Positions 10,771-20,689 of a DNA stretch of 64,000 nucleotides are shown in pieces. The notes below the pieces were generated by a model that saw only the letters and a program-made list of their open reading frames with translations, made no database searches and was not told the DNA's origin. The translations under genes were made by a program, and so were the position numbers. The DNA is from a virus (Duplodnaviria; Heunggongvirae; Uroviricota; Caudoviricetes). The stretch is from positions 69,979-133,978 of IMG/VR virus record IMGVR_UViG_3300021387_000091. One strand, given 5' to 3'. Numbering within the stretch: position 1 is the stretch's first letter; every line of letters starts with the position of its first letter.

Positions 10771-11890
10771 AACGTATTTTTCCTATAAATTCGTTTAAAA
10801 CTTTAGCATTACAATAACTCATTGTAGAACGTATTGCTGCAACAAATTGAGAAGTCCATTCAGAAAGTGTATATTCAATCGGAATCCAATATTCTTTACC
10901 TTCAGAATGTTTTATTTCAGTTTTACCCATTTCTTTTTGGGCACGCTCTGTTGACATTCCATAATACATTCTTCCAGGTTTAAATACATAATCCTTTATT
11001 TCCACAATTCTTGCTAAACGATTTTCACTAGCAGGTGTAAATATACTATTTATGTTTTTAACAGCCTTTTCAATTATTTCTCCAGCAGCTTCTTGTGATT
11101 GAGCAAATATTTTACCACACATTACATAATCTGCACCAATAGCTAAAGCCACAATTATGTCTCTTATAGAATTACAACCGCCATCATATACAATATATGG
11201 TACAGACCTATACTTTCCTAATGGATAAGAATCATACGATTTAGCAACATATTCTTGTCTATATCTTGTTTCTCTTAACATATACAAAGCATTACGTCCA
11301 ATACCAGTTAAATCGTTTGTTGCACAGCCATTACCAGAACCAATCATTATTCGTACATAATCAATACCGGCTTTAGCATATTCATCATATGCTAATGGCT
11401 CCGCAATATTTCCAGCCATAAGAATTAGTTTGTTATCAAATTTATGTTTTGCAAATTTACAAAGTTCAAGTAATTTTTTCATATGTCCATTTGCAATATC
11501 AATACAAATAAAAGTTTCAGATGTTAATGTATCTGTATTAATAGCAAAACATTCAAATTCTTCTAAACCCATTGCAATCCAAACCTGTTCAAATGCAAGT
11601 TTTATTCTAATATCATATGGAACAGTTCTTGGTATTATTGGAGTAATTTTATTTTTACTAAACTCCAAATAATTTTTATCGTTAACAACACATGACATTG
11701 GTGCAGTAAAAAGAGGTAAATGTGCGGAATCTAAATTCCAATCAAGTTTCTCTTTGGACCAAATAGCATTATAATACGGAGAGCATTCAGATCTATGTTC
11801 TATATTAGTTGTTATAGATGGAATTAATTGTATTTCATCAAAATTAGTCAAATACTTCTTCATTTTTATAAATTTTTGTAAAATCATCAA
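10757..11890 (-). CDS. IMPDH/GMP reductase-family protein (GuaC-like, no CBS domain)
   Basis: GIDYVRIMIGSGNGC and DGGCNSIRDIIVALAIGADYVMCG resemble IMPDH/GuaC catalytic-Cys loop and phosphate-binding motif. Confidence 0.7.
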   Translation of the reverse strand: MMILQKFIKMKKYLTNFDEIQLIPSITTNIEHRSECSPYYNAIWSKEKLDWNLDSAHLPLFTAPMSCVVNDKNYLEFSKNKITPIIPRTVPYDIRIKLAFEQVWIAMGLEEFECFAINTDTLTSETFICIDIANGHMKKLLELCKFAKHKFDNKLILMAGNIAEPLAYDEYAKAGIDYVRIMIGSGNGCATNDLTGIGRNALYMLRETRYRQEYVAKSYDSYPLGKYRSVPYIVYDGGCNSIRDIIVALAIGADYVMCGKIFAQSQEAAGEIIEKAVKNINSIFTPASENRLARIVEIKDYVFKPGRMYYGMSTERAQKEMGKTEIKHSEGKEYWIPIEYTLSEWTSQFVAAIRSTMSYCNAKVLNEFIGKIRYDIN

Positions 11891-12035
11891 AAGTTATTAT
11901 GTCTGAAATATCAAGCCAATTTAATTGTTTTGATTTATATGAAGTAACAAATAAATCATTTCCAATAATTTTCTTGATAATATATTTTATATATCCTTCC
12001 TTTGTTGGATAAAAGACAATATCTCCGACTTGCAT
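11844..12035 (-). CDS. hypothetical protein
   Basis: ORF track. Confidence 0.35.
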   Translation of the reverse strand: MQVGDIVFYPTKEGYIKYIIKKIIGNDLFVTSYKSKQLNWLDISDIITFDDFTKIYKNEEVFD

Positions 12036-12319
12036 GGTTTATTTAAAAATAAAACTTTATTATTTTGTACTATAAATGTTTTAGTATTTGGCCTTGTTAT
12101 AATAAACCTAAAATCTAAAAATTCATCGTCTGATAAACGAACTGTTACAATAACATGTTTTTTATTAATATCAAACACCCAGCCTTCTAATAATGATTCG
12201 TCTGAATTTAAAATCCAAACAGTATCTAAAAAATCTAAGTCTGCTAGAGTTTTCTTGGGTTTATCTATTTTATTATACTTCGGCACTATTATTTTTTTAA
12301 GATTATCTAAAAAAGACAT
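11987..12319 (-). CDS. hypothetical protein
   Basis: ORF track. Confidence 0.45.
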   Translation of the reverse strand: MSFLDNLKKIIVPKYNKIDKPKKTLADLDFLDTVWILNSDESLLEGWVFDINKKHVIVTVRLSDDEFLDFRFIITRPNTKTFIVQNNKVLFLNKPCKSEILSFIQQRKDI

Positions 12320-12338
12320 AATTTTTTATTTTAGTTAG

Positions 12339-12411
12339 GGTGTTCTGAGAGAATCGAACTCTCCTATCTAGAGCCACAATCTAGCCGACTAACCGCTATC
12401 GTAAGAACACC
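12339..12411 (-). tRNA. tRNA-His(GTG)
   Basis: G-1:C73 extra pair, anticodon arm CTAGA-TTGTGGC-TCTAG, T-arm GAGAG-TTCGATT-CTCTC. Confidence 0.85.
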
Positions 12412-13032
12412 AGCGTCTATTCTACAAAATAAATAGTAGAATTAATATCTGTAATAAATTATCGATTAGACTTCCAATAATAGTACAAATCTAATCTAAC
12501 CAATCTCAATTTTTCAAGACCATTCTTTTAATGGTTTATCTCCGTTTGCATAATGACAATCTTTAAATTCCATTCCAGATACAATTCCTAATCCAAATAA
12601 AACTGTAAACATAAATCTCAAAGGAATTACTAAAAGAAAATGTTTATATCGAATCAATTGATACTATTTTTTAATCACTCATTTTTTTTATTTATTACAT
12701 TGTAAGTATTCAAATAATTAATCCGAATAATCTCAAAAATCAATTTTCTTTTCTCGATGATTCTTTTTTTCTGGATGTTTTGTTTCTTTTTGTTGTTTTT
12801 TCTTTTTACTACGAACTTTTTCAAAATTAGTCTCGTCTGACATATGTTCTAGTTCGTAAAATGAAACTTTAGGCATTAAAAATTAAAATTAATAAAACGT
12901 AAAAAGACACTGAAAGTCACTTTTACTTACAGGCCACTAATTAACGTGTTAGAACGGAATCAATTTCGTAGACTCACCGGTACGTCCAGCGTACTTTTAA
13001 AATACATGATTTTAGCAGTTAATAAAAGTTAA

Positions 13033-13049
13033 TATTGTAAGTGTCTTAA
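13033..13049 (+). repeat. motif AATATTGTAAGTGTC (family M1)
   Basis: Recurs at 22063-22078, 26265-26281; variant at 26041-26057. Confidence 0.5.
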
Positions 13050-13280
13050 TCTATTATAATTGTTATAAATCTTTATTCACGTGTGTAGATATTTTTTACC
13101 GATATAAAATATCAAACGTTAAAATACATCCATAAAGGGCAAAAAGTCACGAAGCATACTTGTAGTCATTAGATTCTCTAACTCCAATAATTCATTATCC
13201 ACTTAGTTGGAAGCTCTCGGTGGGAATATAAGTTGTTGAATAGAATCTTATAATCTATACACGATTTTAATTTATAACAG

Positions 13281-13359
13281 TGGTGGAGTTGAAGGGACTC
13301 GGACCCTCAAAAATCCTGCCGTGCAAAGGCAGTGCGGTTACCAATTTTGCTACAACCCC
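13281..13359 (-). tRNA. tRNA-Ala(TGC), CCA encoded
   Basis: G3:U70 pair, anticodon arm CTGCC-TTTGCAC-GGCAG, 3' ...CTCCACCA; D-stem poorly paired. Confidence 0.75.
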
Positions 13360-13604
13360 AAAATCACCTTTTATACTAACCCCAGAGGTGTAACTGTGCC
13401 AACCTACGATTTGGAGGAATAGTATGCTTCTATGAGAGGCCTTTCCCATCTTCGTTCCCTGCGCGCTTAGGGCTCATTAAGTAGTTTGTTTGAAGATTTA
13501 TGGAAAAGCTACAATTACACGCTTGTAGCACACGTAGAGCTTACGTTCTCTCTATAACGATAGTAGTATATAGGATTACGATTCTTCCGTCGAAGACCAG
13601 TGAG

Positions 13605-13777
13605 TAGCGGGAGCAGGATTCGAACCTGCGACCTTCAGCTTAGACACTACGTTTGGACTCGAACCAAAATCCCGAGACTTAGGCTACGTGTACCTTACCA
13701 TTGGTCGACGTAGTGTGGTTCGTTTCAGTGAACCATGCTGTATTGAGGCTGACAAGCTACCACTGCTCTACCCCGCT
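13605..13777 (-). tRNA. class I tRNA (Arg UCU/CCU-like) split by ~100-nt intervening sequence in the anticodon loop
   Basis: 5' half AGCGGGG TA GAGC AGTGGTA GCTT G TCAGC (13777-13748) and 3' half GCTGA AGGTC GCAGG-TTCGAAT-CCTGC TCCCGCT A (13639-13605) pair as acceptor and anticodon stems; insert carries its own T-arm TTTGG-TTCGAGT-CCAAA inside an 8-bp helix. Confidence 0.5.
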
Positions 13778-13784
13778 ATTTTAA

Positions 13785-13991
13785 CTAAAGTTTATATTTC
13801 TTATGAAGTAACTTTCCACACTCTTCACATTGGAGAATATAATTTATTTTTCTACCTATTGGATATTTTTCACCATAATTACCCCATATTTGGGTTTCCT
13901 GTTCTTTAATAATTTTCCATTTATGTTTATGGAAAATGAATCGAATAAAATTTTTTAATTTGTTTAAAATATCTCTCATAATAAATAGCAT
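13785..13991 (-). CDS. small Cys-containing protein between tRNAs
   Basis: ORF track 68 aa, CEECGK motif; lies between two tRNA genes. Confidence 0.3.
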   Translation of the reverse strand: MLFIMRDILNKLKNFIRFIFHKHKWKIIKEQETQIWGNYGEKYPIGRKINYILQCEECGKLLHKKYKL

Positions 13992-13999
13992 TAATTATG

Positions 14000-14084
14000 T
14001 GGGAATGGTAGGATTCGAACCTACTGCGTTTCATAGTGTCGGATTTACAGTCCGATGCCCATCCACCATCTGAGCAGCATTCCC
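14000..14084 (-). tRNA. tRNA-Tyr(GTA), class II
   Basis: 85 nt; acceptor GGGAATG/CATTCCC, anticodon arm TCGGA-CTGTAAA-TCCGA, long variable arm. Confidence 0.85.
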
Positions 14085-14090
14085 AAATTG

Positions 14091-14161
14091 TACTCCCGCC
14101 GAGATTCGAACTCGACCTACCACCGTGAAAGGGTGGGGACCTACCACTAGTCTACAGGAGC
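14091..14161 (-). tRNA. tRNA-Glu(TTC)
   Basis: Anticodon arm CCACC-CTTTCAC-GGTGG, T-arm TCGAG-TTCGAAT-CTCGG; G1:U72. Confidence 0.8.
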
Positions 14162-14469
14162 ATAAAACCAAACTCTTACGCGGTTTGGTATTACGTCTGA
14201 TTGATTACAGAGCACAGTCACCAATCTGTACAAATAACTTTAACGTTTGATAAGATTACAGCACTCCTATGGAATTACCCAATGGTCTGTCACCTCTCTC
14301 TTTGCATAAGGCGGTCGAGACATTTACGAGGTTCAGGGTTTCTGATCTTACCCACTAATACAAACCCTTTTTCGCCAGCTGTTATTTACGTCCCTTGTAA
14401 TATTTTACAAGTTATAGCCGGAATGGTGTTATGTCAAAAGAAGATGTTTGTCCATTTTCCTCAAGCCAT

Positions 14470-14694
14470 TCAAACATTGTTTGTTCTTCGTTTAAGTTCT
14501 TGTTTGAATTGCTCTCTAAAATTGATAATATTTGTTCTACTTGGTTCATTAGAATAATTAACGATTATATTGTACATTTTTATTTGTGCAATTAGCTGAT
14601 AATTGCTCAGATGATTTATTATCATTCTCTTTATCTTTATTATCTGATGTATAACCTTTAATATTATACCTTTGCTGAATAGCATTAGATTCAA
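14470..14694 (-). CDS. hypothetical small protein
   Basis: ORF track. Confidence 0.3.
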   Translation of the reverse strand: MNLMLFSKGIILKVIHQIIKIKRMIINHLSNYQLIAQIKMYNIIVNYSNEPSRTNIINFREQFKQELKRRTNNV

Positions 14695-14724
14695 TATATC
14701 TTAATCATTCTTTAGTAGCGTTCA

Positions 14725-15141
14725 TTATAATAAAGTTAAATGTCCAGTTATTTTATCTATTTCTTCTGATATGTATGGTCCAATACAAAGACACGTGTTT
14801 GTTGGTTCTCCATGAAATTCAGTTAGTCCTGAATCTGTTATAAGTTTAACAGGAAGAAAAGCATTTTTTGCTTTCTTATAAATATCAAGGAGTTCTTCCT
14901 CTGAATTTACACCAACACAAATCTTTGTAAATTTACCATTTAGCCAATCATCTAATACAGATTTTTCATTAAAAGAAACACTATATCTATATGATTTTAT
15001 ATCGGAATTATCTTCTTTAATTTGTTCTTTGTTGAATAATAAAAGTAACGCACCAAGTGAAGCGTGTGCTCCTTGCGCAATCATTTTTCCTTTCCTCATC
15101 CCGAGGTCTTTACGCATTACTATTACTTGTTTTGTGTTCAT
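14725..15141 (-). CDS. peptidyl-tRNA hydrolase, PTH2 family
   Basis: GKMIAQGAHAS and DSGLTEF...T.T.L.IGP motifs. Confidence 0.65.
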   Translation of the reverse strand: MNTKQVIVMRKDLGMRKGKMIAQGAHASLGALLLLFNKEQIKEDNSDIKSYRYSVSFNEKSVLDDWLNGKFTKICVGVNSEEELLDIYKKAKNAFLPVKLITDSGLTEFHGEPTNTCLCIGPYISEEIDKITGHLTLL

Positions 15142-15736
15142 TTCTCCAATTGACAATTTGTTGGTTTATCTTATCATTTAAATCTTTCCAAGAAATAGGA
15201 GTAAAATTATTATTATCTACTCCTACATCATATTGTGTTGGATAAAGATATTGAAGTCTTCCAACATCTTCTGATGAACTTTTTGGCCCACTATGACAGT
15301 GCCCAAATGGAGCAAATGCAAGATTATTATCAGAATACAAACCAGGATCACCGTGAGCAAAACACAAAAAAGGAAAATGATTTAAATAAACACGCCTACC
15401 ATCAATAGTAATTTGCATTTGATATGTAACATAATCAAATAATTGATCTATACCAGCGGTTCTGTTTTTCGCGTCATGATTACCCAATATAAGTATTATA
15501 TGACCATTTAACTGATTTCTAATTTCCTTCCATTTAGGAAATCCTCCAAAACAGAAATCTCCAAGATGAAATACAGTATCTTCTGGCCCTACAACAGAAT
15601 TCCAATTATTAATTAAAATTTTATCTTGCTCTTCAACAGAAGAAAATGGACGGTTACAAAACCTAATTATGGCTTCATGACAGAAATGAGAATCGGATGT
15701 AAAAAATAATCCGTCTCCAGTAAATTTAGTCACCAT
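15110..15736 (-). CDS. metallophosphoesterase
   Basis: TSDSHF, HLGDF, GNHD motifs. Confidence 0.7.
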   Translation of the reverse strand: MVTKFTGDGLFFTSDSHFCHEAIIRFCNRPFSSVEEQDKILINNWNSVVGPEDTVFHLGDFCFGGFPKWKEIRNQLNGHIILILGNHDAKNRTAGIDQLFDYVTYQMQITIDGRRVYLNHFPFLCFAHGDPGLYSDNNLAFAPFGHCHSGPKSSSEDVGRLQYLYPTQYDVGVDNNNFTPISWKDLNDKINQQIVNWRNEHKTSNSNA

Positions 15737-16340
15737 TTAATATAGGATTAGAATTATAAATTTGCATCATCTTTTCTAAAGTAAGATTCTCTATAAGTTC
15801 TGGAAAGTTTTCTAATTGACGCATAAGACCATATCCTAAAACAGGAGACTCTGATTCATTATTAAATAAACAATCTGTAAGCTTATGAATTAAAGAGAAA
15901 TGATTAAATGCCCAGACAAACATATCAATCTTGTTTAACGATATCCATTGAACATCATCTATTTCATTTGGTTCACAATAATTGTTGTTTAAAATAATAT
16001 CAATATAATGTGGTTTATAATTCCAGTAATTTATAGTAACATTTTGTTTATTACTTAAAGGATTATCGTCTATACGCCACATTTTTAAATCAAATGGATT
16101 AACGTATAAACCAGATTCTTCGTGTATTTCTCTAGAGCAAGCACCTACTAAGGTTTCGTTATAATCCAAATATCCACATGGACAACACCACTTACCTACT
16201 TCATCTGGACAACCAGATCCTCTTTTTACAGCCAAAATAGACAAATTATCAGGGCTTCCAGTTAAAACAAAACCACAAACGGCAATAGATCTGCTTATCC
16301 AATATTCCTTATTGCCTAATTTTACAGGAAAATTATTCAT
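15726..16340 (-). CDS. NUDIX hydrolase
   Basis: Nudix box GACSREIHEESGL. Confidence 0.75.
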   Translation of the reverse strand: MNNFPVKLGNKEYWISRSIAVCGFVLTGSPDNLSILAVKRGSGCPDEVGKWCCPCGYLDYNETLVGACSREIHEESGLYVNPFDLKMWRIDDNPLSNKQNVTINYWNYKPHYIDIILNNNYCEPNEIDDVQWISLNKIDMFVWAFNHFSLIHKLTDCLFNNESESPVLGYGLMRQLENFPELIENLTLEKMMQIYNSNPILNGD

Positions 16341-16962
16341 TGTATTTAAAATATAATAATGTTGGATTATCTTTATGTATGTCTATTTCAGGATATTCCT
16401 GACTAAATTTTTGACAATTAAACGGAGATGTTATAATATGAACACCATGTAATGTAGGTACTCTAAATTTTATTTTAGATTTATCGATATGCGGTTCAAG
16501 TGTATCAATAAACACCTCTAATAATTTTAAGCCTCCTTTATTAATGGCCACATGTTCTCGTTCATTCCAGTTATCGTAGTCAATATCCACAACCCAATTT
16601 TTATAAGGTTCGTCAGCATATTTTCCAACTACAGACGGAATTAAATTAGGAAAATGGAGATAATTATCGTCAATTGCCATTTTAGCAGCATCTGCAAGCA
16701 TATTTAACATACATTTTTTATATGATCTTCTATTAAGGAGAATATATACTCTTGCACCTGTACAATCGGATAGTCTTTTTACTTCAGATTCAATGGCATC
16801 ATAGTATTCCAAAGAATAAACAAAATAATATTTAACCATTCTATTATTTGCAGGAAAAGAAGCATCATCTTTCTTTCTCTGCATTAATTCAATGAAATAA
16901 AATTTATCTTTATCTGAAAAATCCAATTTTTCTCTTATTAATTGCCAATTATCTACTATCAT
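16333..16962 (-). CDS. hypothetical protein
   Basis: ORF track. Confidence 0.5.
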   Translation of the reverse strand: MIVDNWQLIREKLDFSDKDKFYFIELMQRKKDDASFPANNRMVKYYFVYSLEYYDAIESEVKRLSDCTGARVYILLNRRSYKKCMLNMLADAAKMAIDDNYLHFPNLIPSVVGKYADEPYKNWVVDIDYDNWNEREHVAINKGGLKLLEVFIDTLEPHIDKSKIKFRVPTLHGVHIITSPFNCQKFSQEYPEIDIHKDNPTLLYFKYNE

Positions 16963-16964
16963 AA

Positions 16965-17396
16965 TTATTTTAATGTATTTAATCTAGATTTGTCAATAGG
17001 CAAACTAGTGTTTTCAGAAATAAATTCATCAAATTTATATACAACTTGTGCAGAAATAATAGGCATTATAGAATTATCTGAAATTAAATCTGTACACAAT
17101 AATATTATTGGTATATTATGAGCATATGCAAATCCTATTTCCCAAGCCGTTCCAGAATCAGAATAATGTTTATCATAAACAGCAATTATTCTATCTGCTT
17201 TTACTAAAGCATCAACGTCCATTTTAAATACAGCATTTGCCCAGTCATAATTACTTATGTTTTCTCCATCTTTTATAAAATGATCCATTGGAAAGAAATA
17301 CTCATGTCCTGATATATTAAGCAAGTATGACTTTAATTTATTCATTCGTTTCCTTTCTGTTTCGTTAAAAAATGGACCTGCTATATAAACTTTCAT
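16965..17396 (-). CDS. nucleoside 2-deoxyribosyltransferase / DNPH1-like protein
   Basis: IAGPFF...E N-terminal motif and DSGTAWEIGFA. Confidence 0.6.
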   Translation of the reverse strand: MKVYIAGPFFNETERKRMNKLKSYLLNISGHEYFFPMDHFIKDGENISNYDWANAVFKMDVDALVKADRIIAVYDKHYSDSGTAWEIGFAYAHNIPIILLCTDLISDNSIMPIISAQVVYKFDEFISENTSLPIDKSRLNTLK

Positions 17397-17402
17397 AATG
17401 CA

Positions 17403-17906
17403 TTATCTATTTAATATATTTTTAGCTAAAATACAATCTTCATCAGATAATCCACGATAAGAATTTATTTGAACAAAATGTGGTTTTTGTTCTTCTGTAA
17501 AGTCAATTCTATCATCAATAATGACATAATTTTCAACCTCTGGATGCCACTCTAGCCACATTTGGATTTCTTCTCCTCTTGTGAAATGATAACAAGATCC
17601 ATAAGAACCAAATATAGTAATTGGTGTTTTATCAATTATGTATTTTAATCCAGCTCTTTCTAATCTTCTTTGCCAACTGCTATCAATTCTCCAATCAGAA
17701 GATATTACAATCTTTGCATCAGTTTCTTGACACAATCTATTAATTCTTTCTATACAAAGTGGATCTACATCTTCCTCTCCGTTTAAGTTTCCTGGATTCC
17801 TATCATCTATATACCATAAAGTATAATTTAAAACCCCATCCACATCAAGGAAGATAATCTTATTATTTTTCATCGTCAAATAATTCATCAATTGCATTAG
17901 GAACAT
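17403..17906 (-). CDS. HAD-superfamily phosphatase
   Basis: Motif I IIFLDVDGVLN. Confidence 0.6.
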   Translation of the reverse strand: MFLMQLMNYLTMKNNKIIFLDVDGVLNYTLWYIDDRNPGNLNGEEDVDPLCIERINRLCQETDAKIVISSDWRIDSSWQRRLERAGLKYIIDKTPITIFGSYGSCYHFTRGEEIQMWLEWHPEVENYVIIDDRIDFTEEQKPHFVQINSYRGLSDEDCILAKNILNR

Positions 17907-18022
17907 AAAGAGATTTTTTCTTTTTCTCCTTTACAATCCTTTTATTCATTTCTCTAATTTGTAAAATTAATTTCCAAGTTTTTGGTTTTATATGTTTTGG
18001 TCTTTTCATATTTTATTTATTG

Positions 18023-18094
18023 AGCGAGTAATCGGAATCGAACCGACATCCTCAGCTTGGAAGGCTGACGCACTAGCCATTGTGCTATACTCGC
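18023..18094 (-). tRNA. tRNA-Gly(TCC)
   Basis: Acceptor GCGAGTA/TACTCGC, anticodon arm TCAGC-CTTCCAA-GCTGA, U73. Confidence 0.85.
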
Positions 18095-18225
18095 ATGGTC
18101 AAGTACCAGGATTTCCACCAACTTTTTACAACCTTAATACAATATAAAAAAATTAACTAGTACTTTTTAAATATTATACTTAGTTCTCCTTCTGGTTTCG
18201 AAACCTAACAGAAGGTGTACTTGGC

Positions 18226-18297
18226 GGACTCAGTAGGGTACGATCCTACAACCTATTGGTTAACAGCCAATTGCTCTACCAATTGAGCTATGAGTCC
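18226..18297 (-). tRNA. tRNA-Asn(GTT)
   Basis: Acceptor GGACTCA/TGAGTCC, D-arm GCTC-AATTGGTA-GAGC, anticodon arm ATTGG-CTGTTAA-CCAAT. Confidence 0.85.
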
Positions 18298-18301
18298 ATT
18301 G

Positions 18302-18374
18302 TCGGGATGATACGACTCGAACGTACGACCCCCTGCTCCCAAAGCAGGTGTTCTAGCCAACTGAACTACATCCC
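18302..18374 (-). tRNA. tRNA-Pro(TGG)
   Basis: Acceptor CGGGATG/CATCCCG, anticodon arm CCTGC-TTTGGGA-GCAGG. Confidence 0.85.
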
Positions 18375-18385
18375 GAATACCACAT

Positions 18386-19402
18386 TTATGGTAATGTGGT
18401 CAACCAGTTTTCAAACTCGAAAGCTTTAATAGGAATATTAAGTGTAGAAACTTTATTAAGTAATTCCTGATTTAATTTATATCCATGACTAAATACAATA
18501 GTACGATCAACATTGTAAGAATAGATAGAATCAATTGTTATAGAATGTTTTAATAACTCTATATCAAATTCAAACGCTCTAAAACTTTTCTGAAAATCGT
18601 TCCATGGATTATTTTCATCATCGATATTTAAAATAGGTTTTCCACTTAATAATGGGCCATTACCATGTCTTGTAATATACGGTCTACAAACATAATTTAC
18701 TGTAATATCATCATTTCTATTAAGTTTTGATATTATTTCAATTGCATTTTTAGATGTTGTATTACTTGGTGTACACCAAGGCATAACACCATGTATTTGA
18801 TCAAGTAATATACCTTGAGATCCCTCAAATATAACATTCTGAAAATTATTTAAATAATCTAAATGATAAATTTGAAATTTATTAGCCATTAAATGAACCT
18901 CTTCAATCCAATCATTTAAATTATTCATTGGTGTTTTAGAATCCAAATGATAATAATTTTCAGCAATACTATAAACTTTCTCTCTTAATACATGAATGTT
19001 TTGTGCATCTACAATTCGTACAGAATATCCATTTTTAATCCTATCCAATGTAGATTTAAACCCAGTTCCTACCGTACCATGTTTTCTGTTATTTTCATTA
19101 TTCCATTGACTAATAACATCAAATGGTGTAACTAATTCACAGAACGGAGAGAAAATAATTTTAGGAAGAATTCCAAGTTGCTTTAACTCAATTGCTTCAA
19201 GAAATAATGTATGTAAATCGCATATACAATACTCAGACCAATAAGTAGGAACATTTTTTAATGTGCCACTTCCAAAATTTCTAAAACAATGTTGTAAATT
19301 ATTATGTTTTACATTATGTCCAACTTGATTTGCACCAGAAAACCTTACAACAATACTATTTTCATCACATAAATTATTAACACATTGTCCCTTTGCTTCC
19401 AA
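18386..19402 (-). CDS. adenylosuccinate synthetase (PurA)-family protein with degenerate P-loop; PurZ-like candidate
   Basis: GHNVKHN (cf. GGHNAGHT), GTVGTGFKST (cf. GTTGRGIGPA), FEGSQGILLDQIHGVMPWCTPSNTT (cf. [25 protein letters not shown]); GDEGKGK replaced by LEAKGQC; TTG start. Confidence 0.7.
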   Translation of the reverse strand: MEAKGQCVNNLCDENSIVVRFSGANQVGHNVKHNNLQHCFRNFGSGTLKNVPTYWSEYCICDLHTLFLEAIELKQLGILPKIIFSPFCELVTPFDVISQWNNENNRKHGTVGTGFKSTLDRIKNGYSVRIVDAQNIHVLREKVYSIAENYYHLDSKTPMNNLNDWIEEVHLMANKFQIYHLDYLNNFQNVIFEGSQGILLDQIHGVMPWCTPSNTTSKNAIEIISKLNRNDDITVNYVCRPYITRHGNGPLLSGKPILNIDDENNPWNDFQKSFRAFEFDIELLKHSITIDSIYSYNVDRTIVFSHGYKLNQELLNKVSTLNIPIKAFEFENWLTTLP

Positions 19403-19655
19403 AATTGTTATCCTATAGACTTTTTATTCTATAGTTCTTATACTTCTTTTTTGTATAAGTTCAGCATATATTTTCATCTACTTATTTTAGTTAAGATGGC
19501 GGATACTCGTGGAAGGATTATATTTATTCACCTTCTATGCGTTACAATGTCAAATAGCCTTTCGAAATCTATTTGCTTATCTCGGTATTAACATCACAGT
19601 CTTCACCGATTTTACCCGCTTCGATATATGATTTCTCATATAAAGGACGAAATTC

Positions 19656-20582
19656 TAAATAACGATTGAATTTTCTTTCAAGATATATATTAGAATCTTC
19701 ATAAAGATATTTTACACAATTTCAAGCTTTTCTATCTGTTGCAATTAATACATGTGTTACAGTATTTCCATTTTCTGGATGAAGTAAACGTATATGTTGA
19801 TATCCATTATTAAAATATTCAGCACATTTATTAAGAAAATCTTTTGTTCCAATAATACTCATTTCTATAGCAGAATGATCTGCGTTGGAATAAGTAATAC
19901 ATCCATCTCCATCAAAGTACCCTCTAATAAAATGTCTTATTAAAGCTGGATCTTTAAATATATTTTCATTTGGAAATTTAATAGTTAACGATTTTCTTGG
20001 AGTACAACCATAAGAATTTAATACTTCAACCATATGTTTATTATCAAAAGACATTCTGCAAAGATCTCCTGTTGGTAAACTCTGATACCTCATTTTGTAA
20101 GTATATCCAAGAAAATCCATAAATTTCTGCAAATGTGCTTTATCTTTAATACTAAGATTTACTGTAATTTTTGGTCTAGTAGAATCAATTCCTCCATCTG
20201 CATACAAAAATCCAAGTCAATAAGCTTTTTCTTCTGTATCAATAGAATCAAAAATATTATAATTTATATTGTTAATTCTATCTTTTCTAATTACTTGAAT
20301 GTTTGTTTGTTTTAATCATCTAGCAAGTGTTGCAACACCAACATTTAAAATAGATGATATTTCTTTAAGAGTTTTTCCCTGATTCTTATAAAGATCAATC
20401 ACTGTGTTTATATCTAAACTAATATTTCTTCTTTTTATTTCTACATTATTTAAACGTAAGTAATTCCCAATTGTTTGAGGACTTACTTTTAACTCTGTAG
20501 AAATATCTTTAATTGTTTTTCCAGACTTATAGATTTCTATAACGTTTGCTTTTTGTAAAAATTCAATCATTCGTTTTTGCAT
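19656..20582 (-). CDS. LAGLIDADG homing endonuclease with N-terminal HTH domains (3 in-frame TGA)
   Basis: ORFs 20316-20582 and 19722-20207 share a frame and join through TGA at 20316 and 20217; motifs Y(W)LGFLYADGG and FIRGYFDGDGC; TAG stop at 19656. Confidence 0.65.
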
Positions 20583-20689
20583 AATTAAAATTATTTTTTT
20601 GTTAAACCTTTGTAAATTTACACAAAAAATTTCAAAAATGCAAATTTATTTTTCATCACCAAAGAAACTTCCTAAAACTATCTCTATCA

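Noticed and set aside
13281-13359. tRNA-Ala with encoded CCA and weak D-stem as a tmRNA tRNA-like domain
   Set aside because: A canonical anticodon arm with UGC is present and no tag-peptide reading frame or pseudoknot region follows.
13267-13449. ORF 13267-13449 (-) and ORFs 13688-13909 (+), 25078-25344 (+), 30269-30517 (+)
   Set aside because: They overlap tRNA genes and translate structured RNA sequence.
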